Assembly: GCA_964016885.1 (NCBI GenBank)
Contig: OZ024751.1
Location: 7,192,001-7,256,000, forward strand
Direction of reading: 5' to 3'
DNA: 64,000 bases
Source: Eledone cirrhosa
Taxonomy: Eukaryota
Shown: positions 42,856 to 57,982 of the stretch, piece by piece
Layout of the letters: every line of letters starts with the position of its first letter
How positions within the stretch are numbered: position 1 is the stretch's first letter
Notes under the pieces: model-generated
Told to the model about the DNA's origin: nothing
Database searches by the model: none
The model's input: the letters and a program-made list of their open reading frames with translations, nothing else
Made by a program: the position numbers and the translations under genes

Positions 42856-43264
42856 CAAAAGGGAAACAGAAAAATCAGTTAGACCATTACTCACTAGAGT
42901 AGTCGATACTTCGGATCTAGCTATTGAAACTGCAAGAGCTCAGTTTTTCATATATATAGATATAGATATGTATAGACAGCTATGTATATACATGTACAAT
43001 TTATATCGATAGATAGATATGTATATACATGTAAAATATATACAGATAGATAGATATGTATATAAATGGAAATAAAATAGCTTTACTTGCAATATAATAA
43101 TGCATGTTTTGTTTATTCATTCTAAGGTGTAAGAAAAACGAAGCCTTGTGATTCGCGATGTTTATCCATCACAATTGATTCTTACACACTGTGTAGTGAG
43201 GCAAGAATAAAACATCAGCTGAGGATGTTTTTTGTATATATCGTAGGCGTTGAATACATATATA

Positions 43265-43317
<53 letters not shown>

Positions 43318-45309
43318 GTGCATACATACATATACACACACACATATATATATATATATATGTATATAGGTGTATATATATGTAGAAGTTATATTTAATT
43401 TGTTGGGATACAACAAGCAAATATTTGTATAACTGATATAAAGCACTCAACAAATTATTGGAGTAAAAATACAATATATTAACAAATGGAAACTATATTT
43501 ATAAAACTATATTTATTTCATTATACATATTTCAAGGACACCAACGCAAATTATGGTGCGCTTTCATCAGATAAAATATAATATAAATCAGTTTTATAAA
43601 CAAATATTGACATACCCTTAAAGAATGCGACCATGTCGGTTGGAAGCTCCCGGATAGTATATATATATATATATAGGTGTATATGTGTGGGTGTGTAAAT
43701 AAGAGGTGTGTATGTGTGATAGAGAGGAAGGACGAGATAAATGGATAAACAATTTAATATAAAACCTTTATTTTGCAACCCATGCATTCCAAAAGGCGTA
43801 GTTGCAATATATTCAAATAGATCTGAAGAATTATCAGTAAATACTGAGTAGTATATATGGGGTTAAAAGTATATTGTTGACTGAAGACAATCCATGATAA
43901 GGATGCATATGTCTCCAAAATGCTAAGTGTAGGTGATATCTGTTGGCTATAGTGATGATAATTACAGAAATATATTAAGGGTTGGTAGCTAAATGATAGG
44001 TCAGAGAGGAATCACCGAGCGTGTCGAAGAAAATATAGGAAAAATTTGCATTCCATACATGGAAGAAGATTCATAGTATAGATTAAATTTAAGTGATAGA
44101 GTTAAAATGGTAAACAATTGCAACGATGTGAATAAATGATCGGTGAAAGAACGAACTAGAAAATTTGAATGAAATAAAGATGAAAGAAATAACAAGTTAT
44201 ATAGTGATTTAATGAAATAAGTAAGTTATCTTTTGAAAAGTTAATACTCTCTGATCTATGACGTTTTCTCGACTTATCACATAACTGTGAGATTCATTAG
44301 GAAACGGATAGGTGTTACTGAGATTAGAAAATTAGAAACAGTTAAAATATTTAGTTATCAATATATGAAGACAACAGTTCCAGTAGAACTTTCGTGATAT
44401 CTCTAAATTTCCTATGAAAAAATATAAAATATTTGGAGCTTTACAGAAACGTAAACCAGAAACAGAAAAAAAAGAGCATATATAAACGAATTAAGATGAC
44501 TTTGTCTACAGCAAAGTTAAGTCTGTTATTTAATAAATAAATTAACATAAACAAATTAATTACTATGCAAATTTAAGTGGTTCTATTAAAATACTTAACG
44601 AAAGTAAAAATCATCAATCAATGACTACGAACAATAAAATGTAACATAAGACTGTAATTACTACAGTGTCCTACTTAAATCAGCGTAGAAATATTATTGA
44701 ATAATTTATATATTGCACGCATTATAATTAAGGCAAATTTTGCGGTAACATGAATGTAGAGCAGGCATTTTCTAAACAACAATATCACAAAGGAAATTCT
44801 TCTACACAGTTTATACGTAAAATATGGAAGGAAGTTAACTGCGATTGGCTCTTAAGATATTGTTAACGGGTAAGGGTGTGTAACGTGAGCTTGGATTGTA
44901 TATAGCGTAATATGGTTGTACTTTGAGTATACATGGTAATGTAGAAGAATAACTAATGATTTTAAACACAATGAGTGTATGGAGGAATCTATGAATGCAA
45001 TGAGAAACAAATTCGATGTTCTTGCTCCATAGAGGGCATATGGATAAAAGGATTTTTAAAATAAAAACTCATCAATAGCATATGTTTTCGAGACATATGT
45101 CTGACTGCAAGGCATCTCATAAAAACACGCATGTGTGTCCGTGTTCAATCAACGTCAGCTTTTCGCAACGGTTTTCAGGGAAATAAGCACAGAGCCAGAA
45201 TCATCGGAGAACAATCTATGAATGAAAGCTAAATACTACATTCCCTCACTGGATTAAACTGGGCTGAATACAACGCAGGTTTACATATGCGGGCCTAACT
45301 TCATTATTA

Positions 45310-45722
45310 TTGGATTGGGAGTATCGGTAGAGGGTCAGACACCATGCCTTGCAGCATAGAGTTACGGCCCTTTATGGTCTGAGTTCAAATCCCACCGAGG
45401 TTAACTTTGCCTTTCATCCTTACGGGGTCGATAAAATAAAGTACCAGTATTACACTGGGATAATTGCTGGCCTTGTGTCAAAAGTAGAAACAATTATTAT
45501 TATAAGTAGCATATGGTGGTGGTTTGGCAGTATCGGTAGAGTCGGACAACATGTTTGCAACATTGAGTTACGGTCCTTTACGGTCTGAGTTCAAATCCCG
45601 CCGAGGTTAACTTTGTCTTTCATCCTTACGGGATCGACAAAATAAAGCACCAGTAACGTTCTGGGGTCGGTGTAATTGAGCCCCCACCCCAAATTACTGG
45701 CTTGTGCCTATACTAGAAATTC
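45310..45722 (+). mobile_element. Two head-to-tail SINE family B copies (45310-45503, 45513-45722)
   Basis: B-box gagttcaaatccc and the family B core occur twice. Confidence 0.85.
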
Positions 45723-46089
45723 TTCTTCTTATATGTAGCACATGACATGTATATATATTAACCATTCACATCAAAGATGTTTTATATGAAAGATGTTTTA
45801 TAACACACTAAACACCTCAATCGTAGAAGGGGTATTTTGTATCAGCCCGAGCTTGTTTCTACATGTTATTGGACGACAACGTATATTGCTCTCGACTCTT
45901 AACAAGTATGGTAAATCAAGTGTCTTTATAAATCATTGTTTAAGAAACAGAATCGTGTTCTCGTGATAGCATTTATGCAACGCATTACAAACCGGAATTT
46001 CAGTGGGAGAGGACACCAACACACATATACATACATTCACATACATACACATGTATACGCATGCACACAAGCACACACATATATATATG

Positions 46090-46186
<97 letters not shown>

Positions 46187-46584
46187 GTATATGTATACAC
46201 ACAAATATATATATATATATTTATATATATCCCCTTTATTGATCTAGATACTTTGTAGGCGAGTGGCACTCTCCCTCGTCTATGTCTCTCCCCCTCTCTC
46301 CTTGTAATATTCACGATTCGTCATTAAGCTTTCCTTCTTCAATCTGGCCATCCACTCCAGGCATAAATTTTATTACGACATACTCATTAGGAGAACACAA
46401 CATCCAGTACAACACAATGATAACTTTTTATTTATTTCTTTATGCTGCTAACTTAAACTTCTGCTCTCATTAGTATATGACAAAATACATACACTTGCTG
46501 ATTTTTCTCGGATATTTTTTTTATACACATATATATATATTTTTCTGTGTGCTTGTTCAATATCATTCTTCATCTTCTAGCACA

Positions 46585-46659
<75 letters not shown>

Positions 46660-47183
46660 GTCGTCGTTGTTGTTGTTCATAGAATTTCCATACTTCGAAA
46701 TGATTCTATTTTTTTCATCTTACTTCTGCGGTTGGCATATTTGTCCTCCTTCGATCTTGTTTTCGATGTTGAATATGTTTATTTTTTCTTGTTCTCCTAG
46801 ACGAAAACGTCTTTCATGAGAGCTTGACACTCAGCTGGACTTCATAATTACTAGTTGACATCAACCAGTATTTTTTTCTCCATTGTATCTTACCATTCCG
46901 TTCTGCTGATATATTACTACTAGGAGTATGCTTACATATAACAAAATGTGTATAGAACTTAGAGATAATTTTCTTCGATGGATACATAATATATATATAG
47001 AGAGCATAAGAGTAGGGTCCATGTATATAGACACATATATGTGTATGTATATATATCTATATAAGCATTTATGTATATGTATGTCTATATACGTATGTGT
47101 ATATAGGTATGTGTGTATGTGTACATGTGTACATGCATATCTCTATATGTGTGTATATGTGTAACTCTATATGTGTACATGTA

Positions 47184-47265
<82 letters not shown>

Positions 47266-47623
47266 AAGGCATCCTTGGGAAAAGTTTTCGAATGGAGGAG
47301 TTATTTGAAATAAGATTATAGCTTTTTGTGCATTTAAGTTTATATTTCGTATCAAAAATGCCTTAGAAATTAAATTCATAATATATCACACAGACACACA
47401 AAATAGGGTAGATAACAACATTGAGCCAGTGGAAAGCGACAGGAGTAATTATGAGAGACAATGAAACAACCATGAAGCTGAGGCTGCTGGTGGAAATAGA
47501 AATAGAAATAACACAACTAACAATAATAATAGCACTAGTACACATAAAGCAGCAGCCTGGAACTCTCCGTTTTATAACCCCTCCGATAAATCATTTGACC
47601 TACGACGAGTCCACGCCACGACT

Positions 47624-49943
47624 TTGCCATTTAACAAACGCACGCAGTTGCCGTCGCAGGTCGATGAACAAACAGAAGCACAATTTAGTATAGCTAAATC
47701 CGAACTTAGAAATATTATAGAACAGTATAGCAAGAAGCATAATAGAATAGAGGCCCAGCAACTGGGTGAAGAATCTGCAAATGGCTTGCGTAAGCTCATG
47801 CAGCGCTCGCATAATGGAGAGATAGCATGTTTTCCAACAGACAAGTCTGGCAGAATGTCGGTTGACAGCCTGCCAAACTACATCCAGGCAATGCAACCCC
47901 ACATCACTAACACAAGAGAGGTAACACCACAGGAGCATGAGGATAGAGAAAAAGCCCTCAATGCCCATATGGTGATGTAGACGAATATAATGCAGCCCAA
48001 CAAAAGGACTCCCAACAACTTCCAGGCCTGGAACAATGACGTGCCGGCGTTGTATGGGCTTCGAAAAGACCATAAAACGGGCTGGGACCCTGTCGCGGGA
48101 CCACCAACACGACCAGTCTGTGAGGCTAACATTGCTAGTAACTACAGACTGTCCTACTTCCTCTCCCTGATCATACGCCCCATCATTGAGATGTCCCCAG
48201 ATGTGTGTGATAGCACGGAGGACCTCCTCAGCAGAATCGGCGCGGGTAACCGATCTGGGGACCTAACACACTGCATTATAGGCAGTATGGATGTTGTGTC
48301 CCTGTATCCATCTATTGACGTGGATTTTGCTGTGGAGAAATGCGTAGAAATGATCAGCGAGAGCAAGGTTGAGTTCCGTGGGATTGATACCAGTGAGCTG
48401 GGACTTCTACTTAAGCTTACCCATAGTAATAGTTACCTAGACACTTATGACCTTAGCAACCTATGCCCTACAAGACCAGCAAGAGGCAGACCACCTACCA
48501 TTACCTCAATGGCCAAGAAAACCCACACAGATAGATGGAACGGGTGGACCAGAGCCATACGGACACCCGAAAACTACGATGAACTGAAGAAAATGATTGC
48601 ACATGCGGTGGGGGCCAGCATAAAATTAACCCTTAAGGAACATATGTTCAAATTTAATGGTAAAACATATGCCCAAGAGGAAGGAGCAGCCATTGGTGTT
48701 AGCATTGCAGGCGACATAGCTAACTTATTCATGGTATGGTGGGACAGTAGACTTAAACAAAAACTTAATGAACAATTAGAAGACAGCTTAACCCTGATAA
48801 TGTACTCCCGCTACGTAGATGATATAAACATCGTAGTTAAGACACCCCCACTAAAGAACAGTCAGGAACTAGAGAAAAACACAATGGAAAGCATCCAGCA
48901 AATAGCAAACTCCATCCACCAGAGCATTAGAGTTACTATAGACTACCCAAGTAGACACCCCAACCATCGATTACCTGTACTAGACACATAGCTCTGGTTA
49001 GATACCATTAACAACCCCAAAACAAATCCTCCATTCCCATTATGCCAAACCCATGACTTCCAAACATCTGATCCACCGAAACTCGGCCATTTCGGACCAT
49101 ACCAAAATCAACATACTGATTGCGGATCTGGTACGGGTGATGAGAAATGTGTCCCGCATGTGCAACCCCGAAGAACTAGAGAGACACATACAACACTTCA
49201 TCCACCGTATGCAGTTCTCTGGCTACAATCAGAGAGATAGAATCAGAGTGTATAAAGGAGCCAGAACCAAATGGGAAAAAATGGTAAATAATGACATAAA
49301 TGGGACCTGCCCCTTGTATAGGAGCAAATTTTGGAATAGAATAGAAAGAACTAGGAACAAGGCCAATAGAATAAACTCATGGTATGATAGCAATAAATAC
49401 CAGAGTGTAATGTTCATCAATACAACCCCTAGAGGCGAACTAGCCTACACATTTAGAAGGGCCCTAAATAAACATAATCTCAATATTAAGATAATAGAAA
49501 GACCTGGTACCTCCGTAAAAACACTTATTAGCAAGACATACCCGTTCCAAAGACCCTCATGTATAGATAAGAAATGTATAACCTGTAAAATAAGCCCCCA
49601 TATTAACTGTAAAACTAGAAATGTAGTGTATAGCATAAGATGTACTGAAGGACAATGTAGAAACAAAAATATAGTGTACATAGGTGAGACAGCTCGTAGT
49701 ATAGGGGAACGAATAAATGAACACTGGCGAGACCTCCAAGATAATAAAGAATCATCTGTGCTCTACCAACATGCTAAGATAGAACACAGGGGTAGATTAG
49801 AGAGCATAGAAATAAAAATAGAATCCACGCACAGAAAAGACGCAATGTTTAGGCAAATTACAGAGGCAGTAAGCATAAAAGAATTAAAACCAAAATTAAA
49901 TAGAAAATATGAGTGGAACAGCAACATCACAACTTACAATTAA
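47624..49943 (+). pseudogene. Penelope RT-GIY-YIG polyprotein with stops at 47978 and 48989 and a frameshift near 49020
   Basis: PTDKSGR, LYGLRKDHK, PTRPVC, SMDVVSLYPSI, QEEGAAIG, YSRYVDDI, LPVLDT, NVVYSIRC..YIGETARS..ERINEH. Confidence 0.9.
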
Positions 49944-50230
49944 GGACAAAATGAAAACACACACACACATAGAACAAACAACTTACAATTGAAAACACAC
50001 ACAGAATGAAAACACACACAGGACAAAATGAAAACACACACACACATAGAACAAACAACCAACCAACAATAAATAAATAAATAAATAAACAAATAGAAAA
50101 ATGAACACAAACACACACAGACACCCGGATGTGGCGCATGCGCAAACTGAGCACACAACACACACACACAGAAACAAAATGGCGTAGGATAGAAGAAAGA
50201 AAAGGCACAGAAACGAAGAAAGGAATCCCC

Positions 50231-50275
50231 AGTCACTGAAGAGGTCACAGAGTGTGTGACGAAAGGACTATGACT
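50231..50275 (+). ncRNA. Minimal type I hammerhead in the Penelope pLTR
   Basis: agtca-CTGAAGA-g-gtcaca(gagtg)tgtgac-GAAA-ggac-TA-tgact. Confidence 0.75.
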
Positions 50276-51466
50276 ATATATATAAACAACTATCTGGTTG
50301 TGGAACCAACCAACCAACCAGAAATTTACAAGTTTGTAGATTTGTAAATTTATAAATATATAATAATTTGAAGTGAAAGCAACTGGTGCGTGTGTTTCTT
50401 ATTGGCAACATGACCCTCCCAAAGTATAACAATATTGCATTGTATTTAAAGAAAAAGACAACAACGTATAGCGTAGAATTTAAAATAATATTCAAAAATG
50501 CTTCACATATCTTAAATTCAGAGCTTGTGCATACGAAATGTACCTCTAGAAAATGTATCAAATGAGAAATATATCTGCGAATATCATAATATATGTGAAA
50601 TGTATATCTACAAAACATATTTGCAACATAATATGTCTGAAGCAATTCAAATTCAATCCCGTTCTGCCCAGATCCTCTGAAAGATCTGAATGTCAGCAGC
50701 CCGTCTGAGGAAGGAGCCGAGTCAAGGTAGCTGTTGCAGCGGATGTTGCTGGTCATTGTCTGCGGGATGTTTATGCGGTCTTATTCGTGGGGTGTAGTCC
50801 CAGTATCACATCCCGTTCTTCTGACACCCTAGAGACCTTGACACTCCCTTCATTTTCCGTTTTTTTTCATAACCAAAAAAGGCTTGAATATTTTACAATA
50901 AAAATAATATTGAACACTAAATATAATGAAAAGGCCAGGAAAATGTCAGAGAATAATACCTAGTATTTCATGATCGTTGCCATCATGAATTAATTACTTC
51001 TACATTATCAGCTCGCTAACAAATTTAAATGTAACATTTCGTCTGAGCAATTTCAGAAATGTTCCTATTATGACGGTAATTGAAAATAAAGTAAGCGAAA
51101 GATATTACTGTGAGACGCCATCCAGATGAAGTAACATAGTGAACTTAGTGTTAGAATATGTTAAAGCCAGACAGCATCCAGTAGATATTCGATGTGCATT
51201 TGTATTACTTTAGTTATGCGTTAATTATTGCACGATTACGCAGTAACTAACACGTCACTACTACACCAGGTACAATAATAAATATAATTGGCTGACGCGT
51301 CAGAATACGTCCAAGAAGTGCCCAGAGCTTTCTTCCACATTTTAATTTAATTACACACCTAGGTAATATCTACACACTTAGGTAATATAGACTTCTTTCC
51401 TTCTATTAAAAGAATAATTAATAACGCGCACATACACACCTAGGTAGACACGCGCACACACTTATA

Positions 51467-51661
51467 TACAAGAGTCGGCTGAAACGTGCGTAGACTATGA
51501 AGGATGAATGCTAGAGCTGTGAAATCTTGCTTGTATCAATTTCAATGCCTCTCATTAATTACGCATGGTTGCCTTTCCAGGGATTATGTTGAAAAATAAG
51601 TCTCATTTTGTCATTCCATGAGGGTATCTTGGTCAGCATATGAATCTTTCGGCCGACCCTC

Positions 51662-51662
<1 letters not shown>
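51467..51662. mobile_element. Mariner-type MITE of about 200 bp
   Basis: Imperfect TIRs ta-caagagtcggctgaaa ... tttcggccgaccctcg-ta with TA flanks. Confidence 0.7.
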
Positions 51663-51704
<42 letters not shown>

Positions 51705-51897
51705 ACCCTTTTACCTGTTCCAGTCATCCGACTGAGGCCATGCTGGGGCACCGCCCTTGTATGTATATTCATATGTATATATATATATAGGATATTATAT
51801 ATATATATGGGATATCCTAGCCGTCTTGAAACGTCCCTAGCGAACTATGAATGGATAATTAAAATAAAATACTAATTCTTTTTCGTACTAAATGTAA

Positions 51898-52023
<126 letters not shown>

Positions 52024-53039
52024 TGAAACAATCACCAACGTCTTCATTGTTGCTGTTGTTGTACTGGATGTGTGCACTGTGTCTGCTGTGGCTGCAACGT
52101 TTTGATGATTCAACGGACGGCAATGGGACGGTGTTGCCCAGACAGTACTGCTGGCTGAATCAACATGTAAACAAGAGACTGAAGAATATCCCTAGATGGA
52201 ATAACTTTATGAACAACAGCATGAAGAGACTGTTCTCGGAGCCTAAAAGTTCTACCAATCAAATGTCAAATGGTCTTAGTTGAGCAGCTTGAAACTAGAA
52301 GCCTCAATAGATTTAGACAATCGACTCTACCAGAAAATATTGTCATCAGTGGCATTCTGTAAGGTATAAGAAAAATATATGAACCTGTTAAGTGAAAAGA
52401 GTTCATCCTCACTGAACCAGTATGGTAGAAAATATTACGCGCATGATCGACTAACAAGATAAATATTAGTATATATGTAAATATGTAAAAACAATAGCAT
52501 GAATAAACTGTTCTGAGAGCCTGCAAGTTCTATCAATTAAAAGGCAGATACACCTGTCACTAGACATTAAGAGAGGAGTCGACACACTATATCATTTGTT
52601 CGCTCGCATAACACAAACATGGTAATATATTACCAACGGTGTCATATCTGCATACTTGCATCTACACACAACATAATTACACAATTGTATGCACATCTGA
52701 TGATGTCACATGGAGACTGTCAATGATATAACTACTACATAACCATGTCATATATTGTGCTCTAAAACAATTATGTAAATGTAACCCTAACTTAACTACT
52801 TAATTTAAATGGCAAATCCGTCACAACTAATGATCAACATTTCGAGGGATATACTGTATTGTCGGAAAACGTTTTTGGATTGCTCAAACCGGTTTAACCT
52901 CGCTGTGTTACATATATTTCACGGATAAACACCCTTATTATCTACACTATATATGCATATATATGTATGTAAACAAATAAATTACGAATTGTATTTCTCG
53001 CCCTAGCACAGCTGATACATAAATGTAAATATGCATATG

Positions 53040-53086
<47 letters not shown>

Positions 53087-53307
53087 TTCCCCTTCGTTAT
53101 CGAGTATGACCATTGCACGAGGAGTAAAAATATTAATAAATATATATATATATATATACACACATACATATTCATATATACACACATATATATACATACA
53201 CACATATACATTAATAACAATAATGATAATAATAGCAACAACAATAATAATGTACATATACATATATATATACACACACACGCGCACACATAAACGTATC
53301 TACACAC

Positions 53308-53354
<47 letters not shown>

Positions 53355-53357
<3 letters not shown>

Positions 53358-56300
53358 TAGCAACTAACAGCGCTGCGATCGAATGTGGCTTTTTAGCCCA
53401 GCCAATGATCTAAAATGTCTTGTACAGAGTCGGCAACCAAAACATTCACTGGGAATAGCCGGCTGTGGTTGGAGTTCATGTACTTTTGCATGTCGTTTGA
53501 GCCCTCCTGCTGATTTGCATTCTCTACCACATGTTTGGCAAGCATGATGAGTAGCATCTCCAACAGCAGCCTGGTAGTTAACCACTGGTCTTACTTTATG
53601 ACTGCAAAGATGACTTTCGAGTCCAGCTTTGCTTAGGCAGAGTCTCGCACAGACGCTGCATGTCAGTACCATAGGAGGACCCTCGCCGTCTGGAAGTGCA
53701 ACAGCAATAACCTTCCTCACATCCCGCTTTACTTTCTTCTATGCGATTCGAGATGCCTCAAAGGCAACTTTTCCCTTATATACAGTCTTTCTCCATTTAT
53801 TACGATCAGCAGCAATATTTTCCCATGTATCAGCAGAGATGTTAGCATCTTTCAAAGAGGCTTTCAAGGAATCCTTATACCTCTTTTTTGGTTTATGTGG
53901 CGGTCGTTTTCCTTTAACCAACTCTCCATAAAAGAGTTGTTTTGGTATTCTAGAATCCTTCATCCTGGCAAGGTGACCACTCCAACAGAGTCGTTGCTTA
54001 AGCACAAGAGCTTCTATACTGTCACACATAGAGCTTTCCAAAATCTAGACATCACTGATGTGGTCCCTCCAGTGAACGCCATGGATCCGACTGAGACACA
54101 TCTGATGGAAGCGCTCCAATTGCTTAAGGTGGTGTCGATATGTGACCCATGTCTCACAGGCATAAAGAAGACAAGAGAGCACACATGCCCTGTACACCTT
54201 TACCTTTGTCCTCCTGCATATGACTCGCCGACCCCAGAGTCGCCTTTCTAGCTTTCCGAAAGCATCACTTGCTTTCCTAATCCTAAGTGAGATTTCACTG
54301 TCAAGATTGCTGTATCGATTGACAGTGCTTCCCAGGTAGACAAACTGATCAACCACTCCACGTCGTTTACCATACACATAGATATTTGGTTCAGTGTAAT
54401 GCTTACCAGGGGCAGGCTGGTACAATATGACGGTATTTTTGAGACTGACAGTCAATCCTAGGGCAGTGCAAGCGTCAGAAAATGCATTCAATATGTGCTG
54501 CATATCACTCTCTGTGTGCGCTACAAGATCGCAATCATCTGCATACAAGAGGTCTCTTATGATTGATGTAAATACTTTTGTCTTTGCACCAAAGCGCCTG
54601 ATGTTAAACATGCTGCCTGAGGTTCGATATCGAATGTAAACACCATGCTCGCAATTCCTGAATGCAATACAGAAAACCATTGCAAAGTATATGGCAAACA
54701 GGGTCGGTGCTGGAATATCCCCCTGTTTCACTCCATTTTTTAGTGAGATAGGCTGCGACATGTTACCTCCGACATTAACCCAAGCTTTCATGTCGTCATG
54801 GAAGGACCTAAATAAAGAAAGGAAATTATCAGGGCAACCGAGTTTCTGGAGAACCTTCCATAATGCATCTATGTTAACAGTATCGAAAGCTTTTGTCAGA
54901 TCGACAAAAACCTGATACAGATCCAAACCTTGTTCCATGCAATTCTCCTGGAGCTGTCTAGCTGAGAAGATCATATCAGTAGTGCCGCGTCCAGCACGAA
55001 AACCAGATTGACTTTCAGGAAGAACACAATCTGCAAAGTGTCAGCAGACTGTCCAGAAGCACCCTACATAAAACTTTCCCTACAACAGAAAGCAATGATA
55101 TACCTCTGTAGTTCCCACAATCATTCCTGTTACCCTTTCCCTTGTACAAGACCAACATTACTGCATCTCTCCAGTCCTCAGGTACGGATTCATTAGCCCA
55201 TATCCTCCGAAACAAAGAGTGAAGATGTTGCAGGAGTTTCTCACCACCATATTGTAGGAGCTCAGCATGTATGCCATCCATACCTTGACATCTTCCACTG
55301 TTCAGCTTCGAAATAGCCACTGCAACCTCCACAAGCGTCGGAGATTCTGCGAGAGCTACTTTCACAGGACTTTCTGGAATGAGATTGAGGAAATCTTCAC
55401 TGACGACAGACGGCTGATTCAAAAGATCATCAAAGTGTTCTCGCCACCTTCGTAGAATTCCTTGTGAGTCACGAAGAAGTTCTTTGCCATCCTTGCTGCG
55501 AAGCGGTGTCACCAGAGAAGACGGTCCATAAAACTCACGCAAGAGACTGTACAACAGCTTTGTGTTATTGGAATCTGACGCAGTTTGTATCTCACCAGCC
55601 TTCTTACTCCACCACTGATCCTTCATCTGAGTAAGACTCCGCCTAACACGTGATTTTACATCCTTGAGTTCCTCATGCAACGTATTCCTCTCCTGTGGTT
55701 TTGCCGTCAAGTAGCGTGACATAGCACGCCGCTTATCAACCAACAAGTCTTCTATATGTACATCATTCTCATTAAACCAGTCCTGATGTTTTCTCTGCAC
55801 CAATCCTAGAACACGCCTGCCTACATCATAAACCGACTTTTTAAGGGTCGGCCAATCCTCAACAAGATCTGCAGCCTGCATCTCTTCTTCCAATATCCTC
55901 TTCACATTTTTATTCTTAAGACGAGCAGCATTCAATCTTTTGGACAGGGCAACACCAGGAGCCCGGATTTTACGTTTAGTGATTAGTTTCACTTTTGCGC
56001 GTACCAGGCGGTGGTCCGTCCAGCACTCAGCTCCACGAAGAGCACGAACACACTGCACATCCTGTCTGTCACGCATCCTGACTAGGGCGTAGTCCAAAAA
56101 ATGCCATTCCTTAGATGCAGGATGCATCCATGTGGTCTTGAATTTGTTCTTTTGTTGGAACATGGTGTTGGTAACACACAGATCCAGCTCCTCACACATC
56201 TGCAGCAGGAGCATACCATTGTTGTTACACTTTCCCACCCCCATGCCTTCCGATTACATTCCATGTTTTAAAATCCCTACCCACTCTTGCATTAAAGTCA

Positions 56301-56830
56301 CCAAGCACAATGACTTTGTCTGCCTGAGGGATATTTCTTAAAACACCTTTCAAGGAATGGTAAAAGGACACTTTTTCTTCATCGACAGAATTCATAGTTG
56401 GAACATACACACTCACCAGGGTCGCATATCGTCCTTTGTCCAGCGGAAATCTCATGGACATAAGACGCTCACTAATCCCTACTGGGAATTCTTCTAATTT
56501 ATTCACAAGAACAGTCTTAACAGCAAATCCTACCCCAGCCTCTCTTCTGGTTCCTTCATCTCTTCCTTTCCAGAAGAATGTATATTCTCCACAAAATTCT
56601 GTAAGATGACCATCTCCAGCTAACCTCGTCTCAGATAAAGCCACGGTGTCTATATCGTAACGTCGAAGCTCCTTTGCAACAAGAGCGGTCCTTCGTTCAG
56701 GACGCTCCAAGGAATCCCTGTCAAGCAGCGTCCGTACGTTCCAGCAGACAAGACTAAATGTCTTGTTTGGCTCTATTACAATGGTACGATGACGAGTGGG
56801 CCCAGGCTGTGATAACCTGGGGCCCCTGCC
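53355..56830 (-). mobile_element. RTE-clade LINE (APE-RT with C-terminal C2H2 fingers), frameshifted, 3' end abutting (TG)n
   Basis: WNVRTLLD..RPERRTALVAKEL, ALSETR, LGDFNARVG, WTDHRLV, FVDLTKAFDTVN, GVKQGDI.APTLF, LLYADDC, LLYACETW; three CxxC-x12-H fingers in 53364-53720. Confidence 0.92.
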
Positions 56831-56968
56831 CTTATTGCCAATTATCTTTTTTGTTCCAGAACCTAAATTGCCAATTATCTCTTTTATATTGTTCTAGAAC
56901 ATTATTGAATTGTGAAAAAAAAAAAAAATAATAATAATTGTAACAATAATAATAATAATAATAATAAT

Positions 56969-57982
56969 ATCCCATTTACTGCTGAAATGGAAAACACAGA
57001 AAAAGCAAAGCAGGTAAAAGTAACTGCAAAGAAAGAACTGCTACAGAAACTGGCTAAGAAATGGCAAGAAAAGCCTCTGTATGGAAAATACCCAGAGCGA
57101 GCTAACAATCCTGATGTTGACAAAACTTTAACCCATCAGTGGTTGGCATCCTCTGGACTGAAATCGGAGACTGAAGGACTGATTATCTCCGCACAAGATC
57201 AGTGTCTGCCAACAAAAAATTACCAAGCCAACATAATAAAAAATGGGTGCAGCCCATTATGCCGTGTATGCAAAAAACAACCAGAGACCATTGACCATAT
57301 AATTTCAATGTGCAGTCCTATAGCTCCAACCGAATACCTAAACAGGCATGACAGAGCTGCACAATACATACATTGGATAATGTGTAAGCATTTTGACCTG
57401 CCCCATCAAAAGAATTGGTGGGAGCATCAACCACCTCCCATACTTGAAAAAGATCACATCTCAATCTTGTGGAACTTTAGCATCCAAACAGACCGAAAAA
57501 TAGATGCAAATAGACCTGATATAATATTGAAGGACTTTCAAAGGAGGGTATGCCTGCTAATTGATATGTCTGTTCCAATAGACAAGAATGTATCTATAAA
57601 AACATTTGAAAAATTGAGCAAGTATAAGGACCTGGAGATAGAAATTGGAAAAATGTGGAAATTGAGAACTAAAACAATACCAGTGGTTGTAGGCGCTCTG
57701 GGAATGATACCTAAGGGGTCTAACGACTACTTATCGCAAATCCCAGGAAACCCGCGTATAGGAGAAATACAAAAGATAGTACTAATGGGAACTGCCCATA
57801 TACTAAGGAAGATCCTGTCAATATAAGTACATCACAAGTCTAAACACTAAGGATGCATGTGTGAATATGTGTGTTCTTTCTTGAACATGGCGGACCTTGT
57901 TGTCTCTTGAGGTCACTGGTTGTGACTTGGTGATAACTCGTATAAACATAAAGCAAGATAAATGCAAATAATAATAATAATA
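56969..57982 (+). mobile_element. 5'-truncated Dong/R4 copy (same family as 1-3870) embedded in (TAA)n
   Basis: Near-identical protein to the C-terminus of ORF 57-2111; (TAA)n on both sides. Confidence 0.93.

Larger units (their letters stand above)
47380..50434 (+). mobile_element. Penelope-like retroelement (RT + GIY-YIG, 3' pseudo-LTR), probably 5'-truncated
   Basis: Coding region followed by about 490 bp of pLTR ending gaccctcccaaagtataacaatat. Confidence 0.9.
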
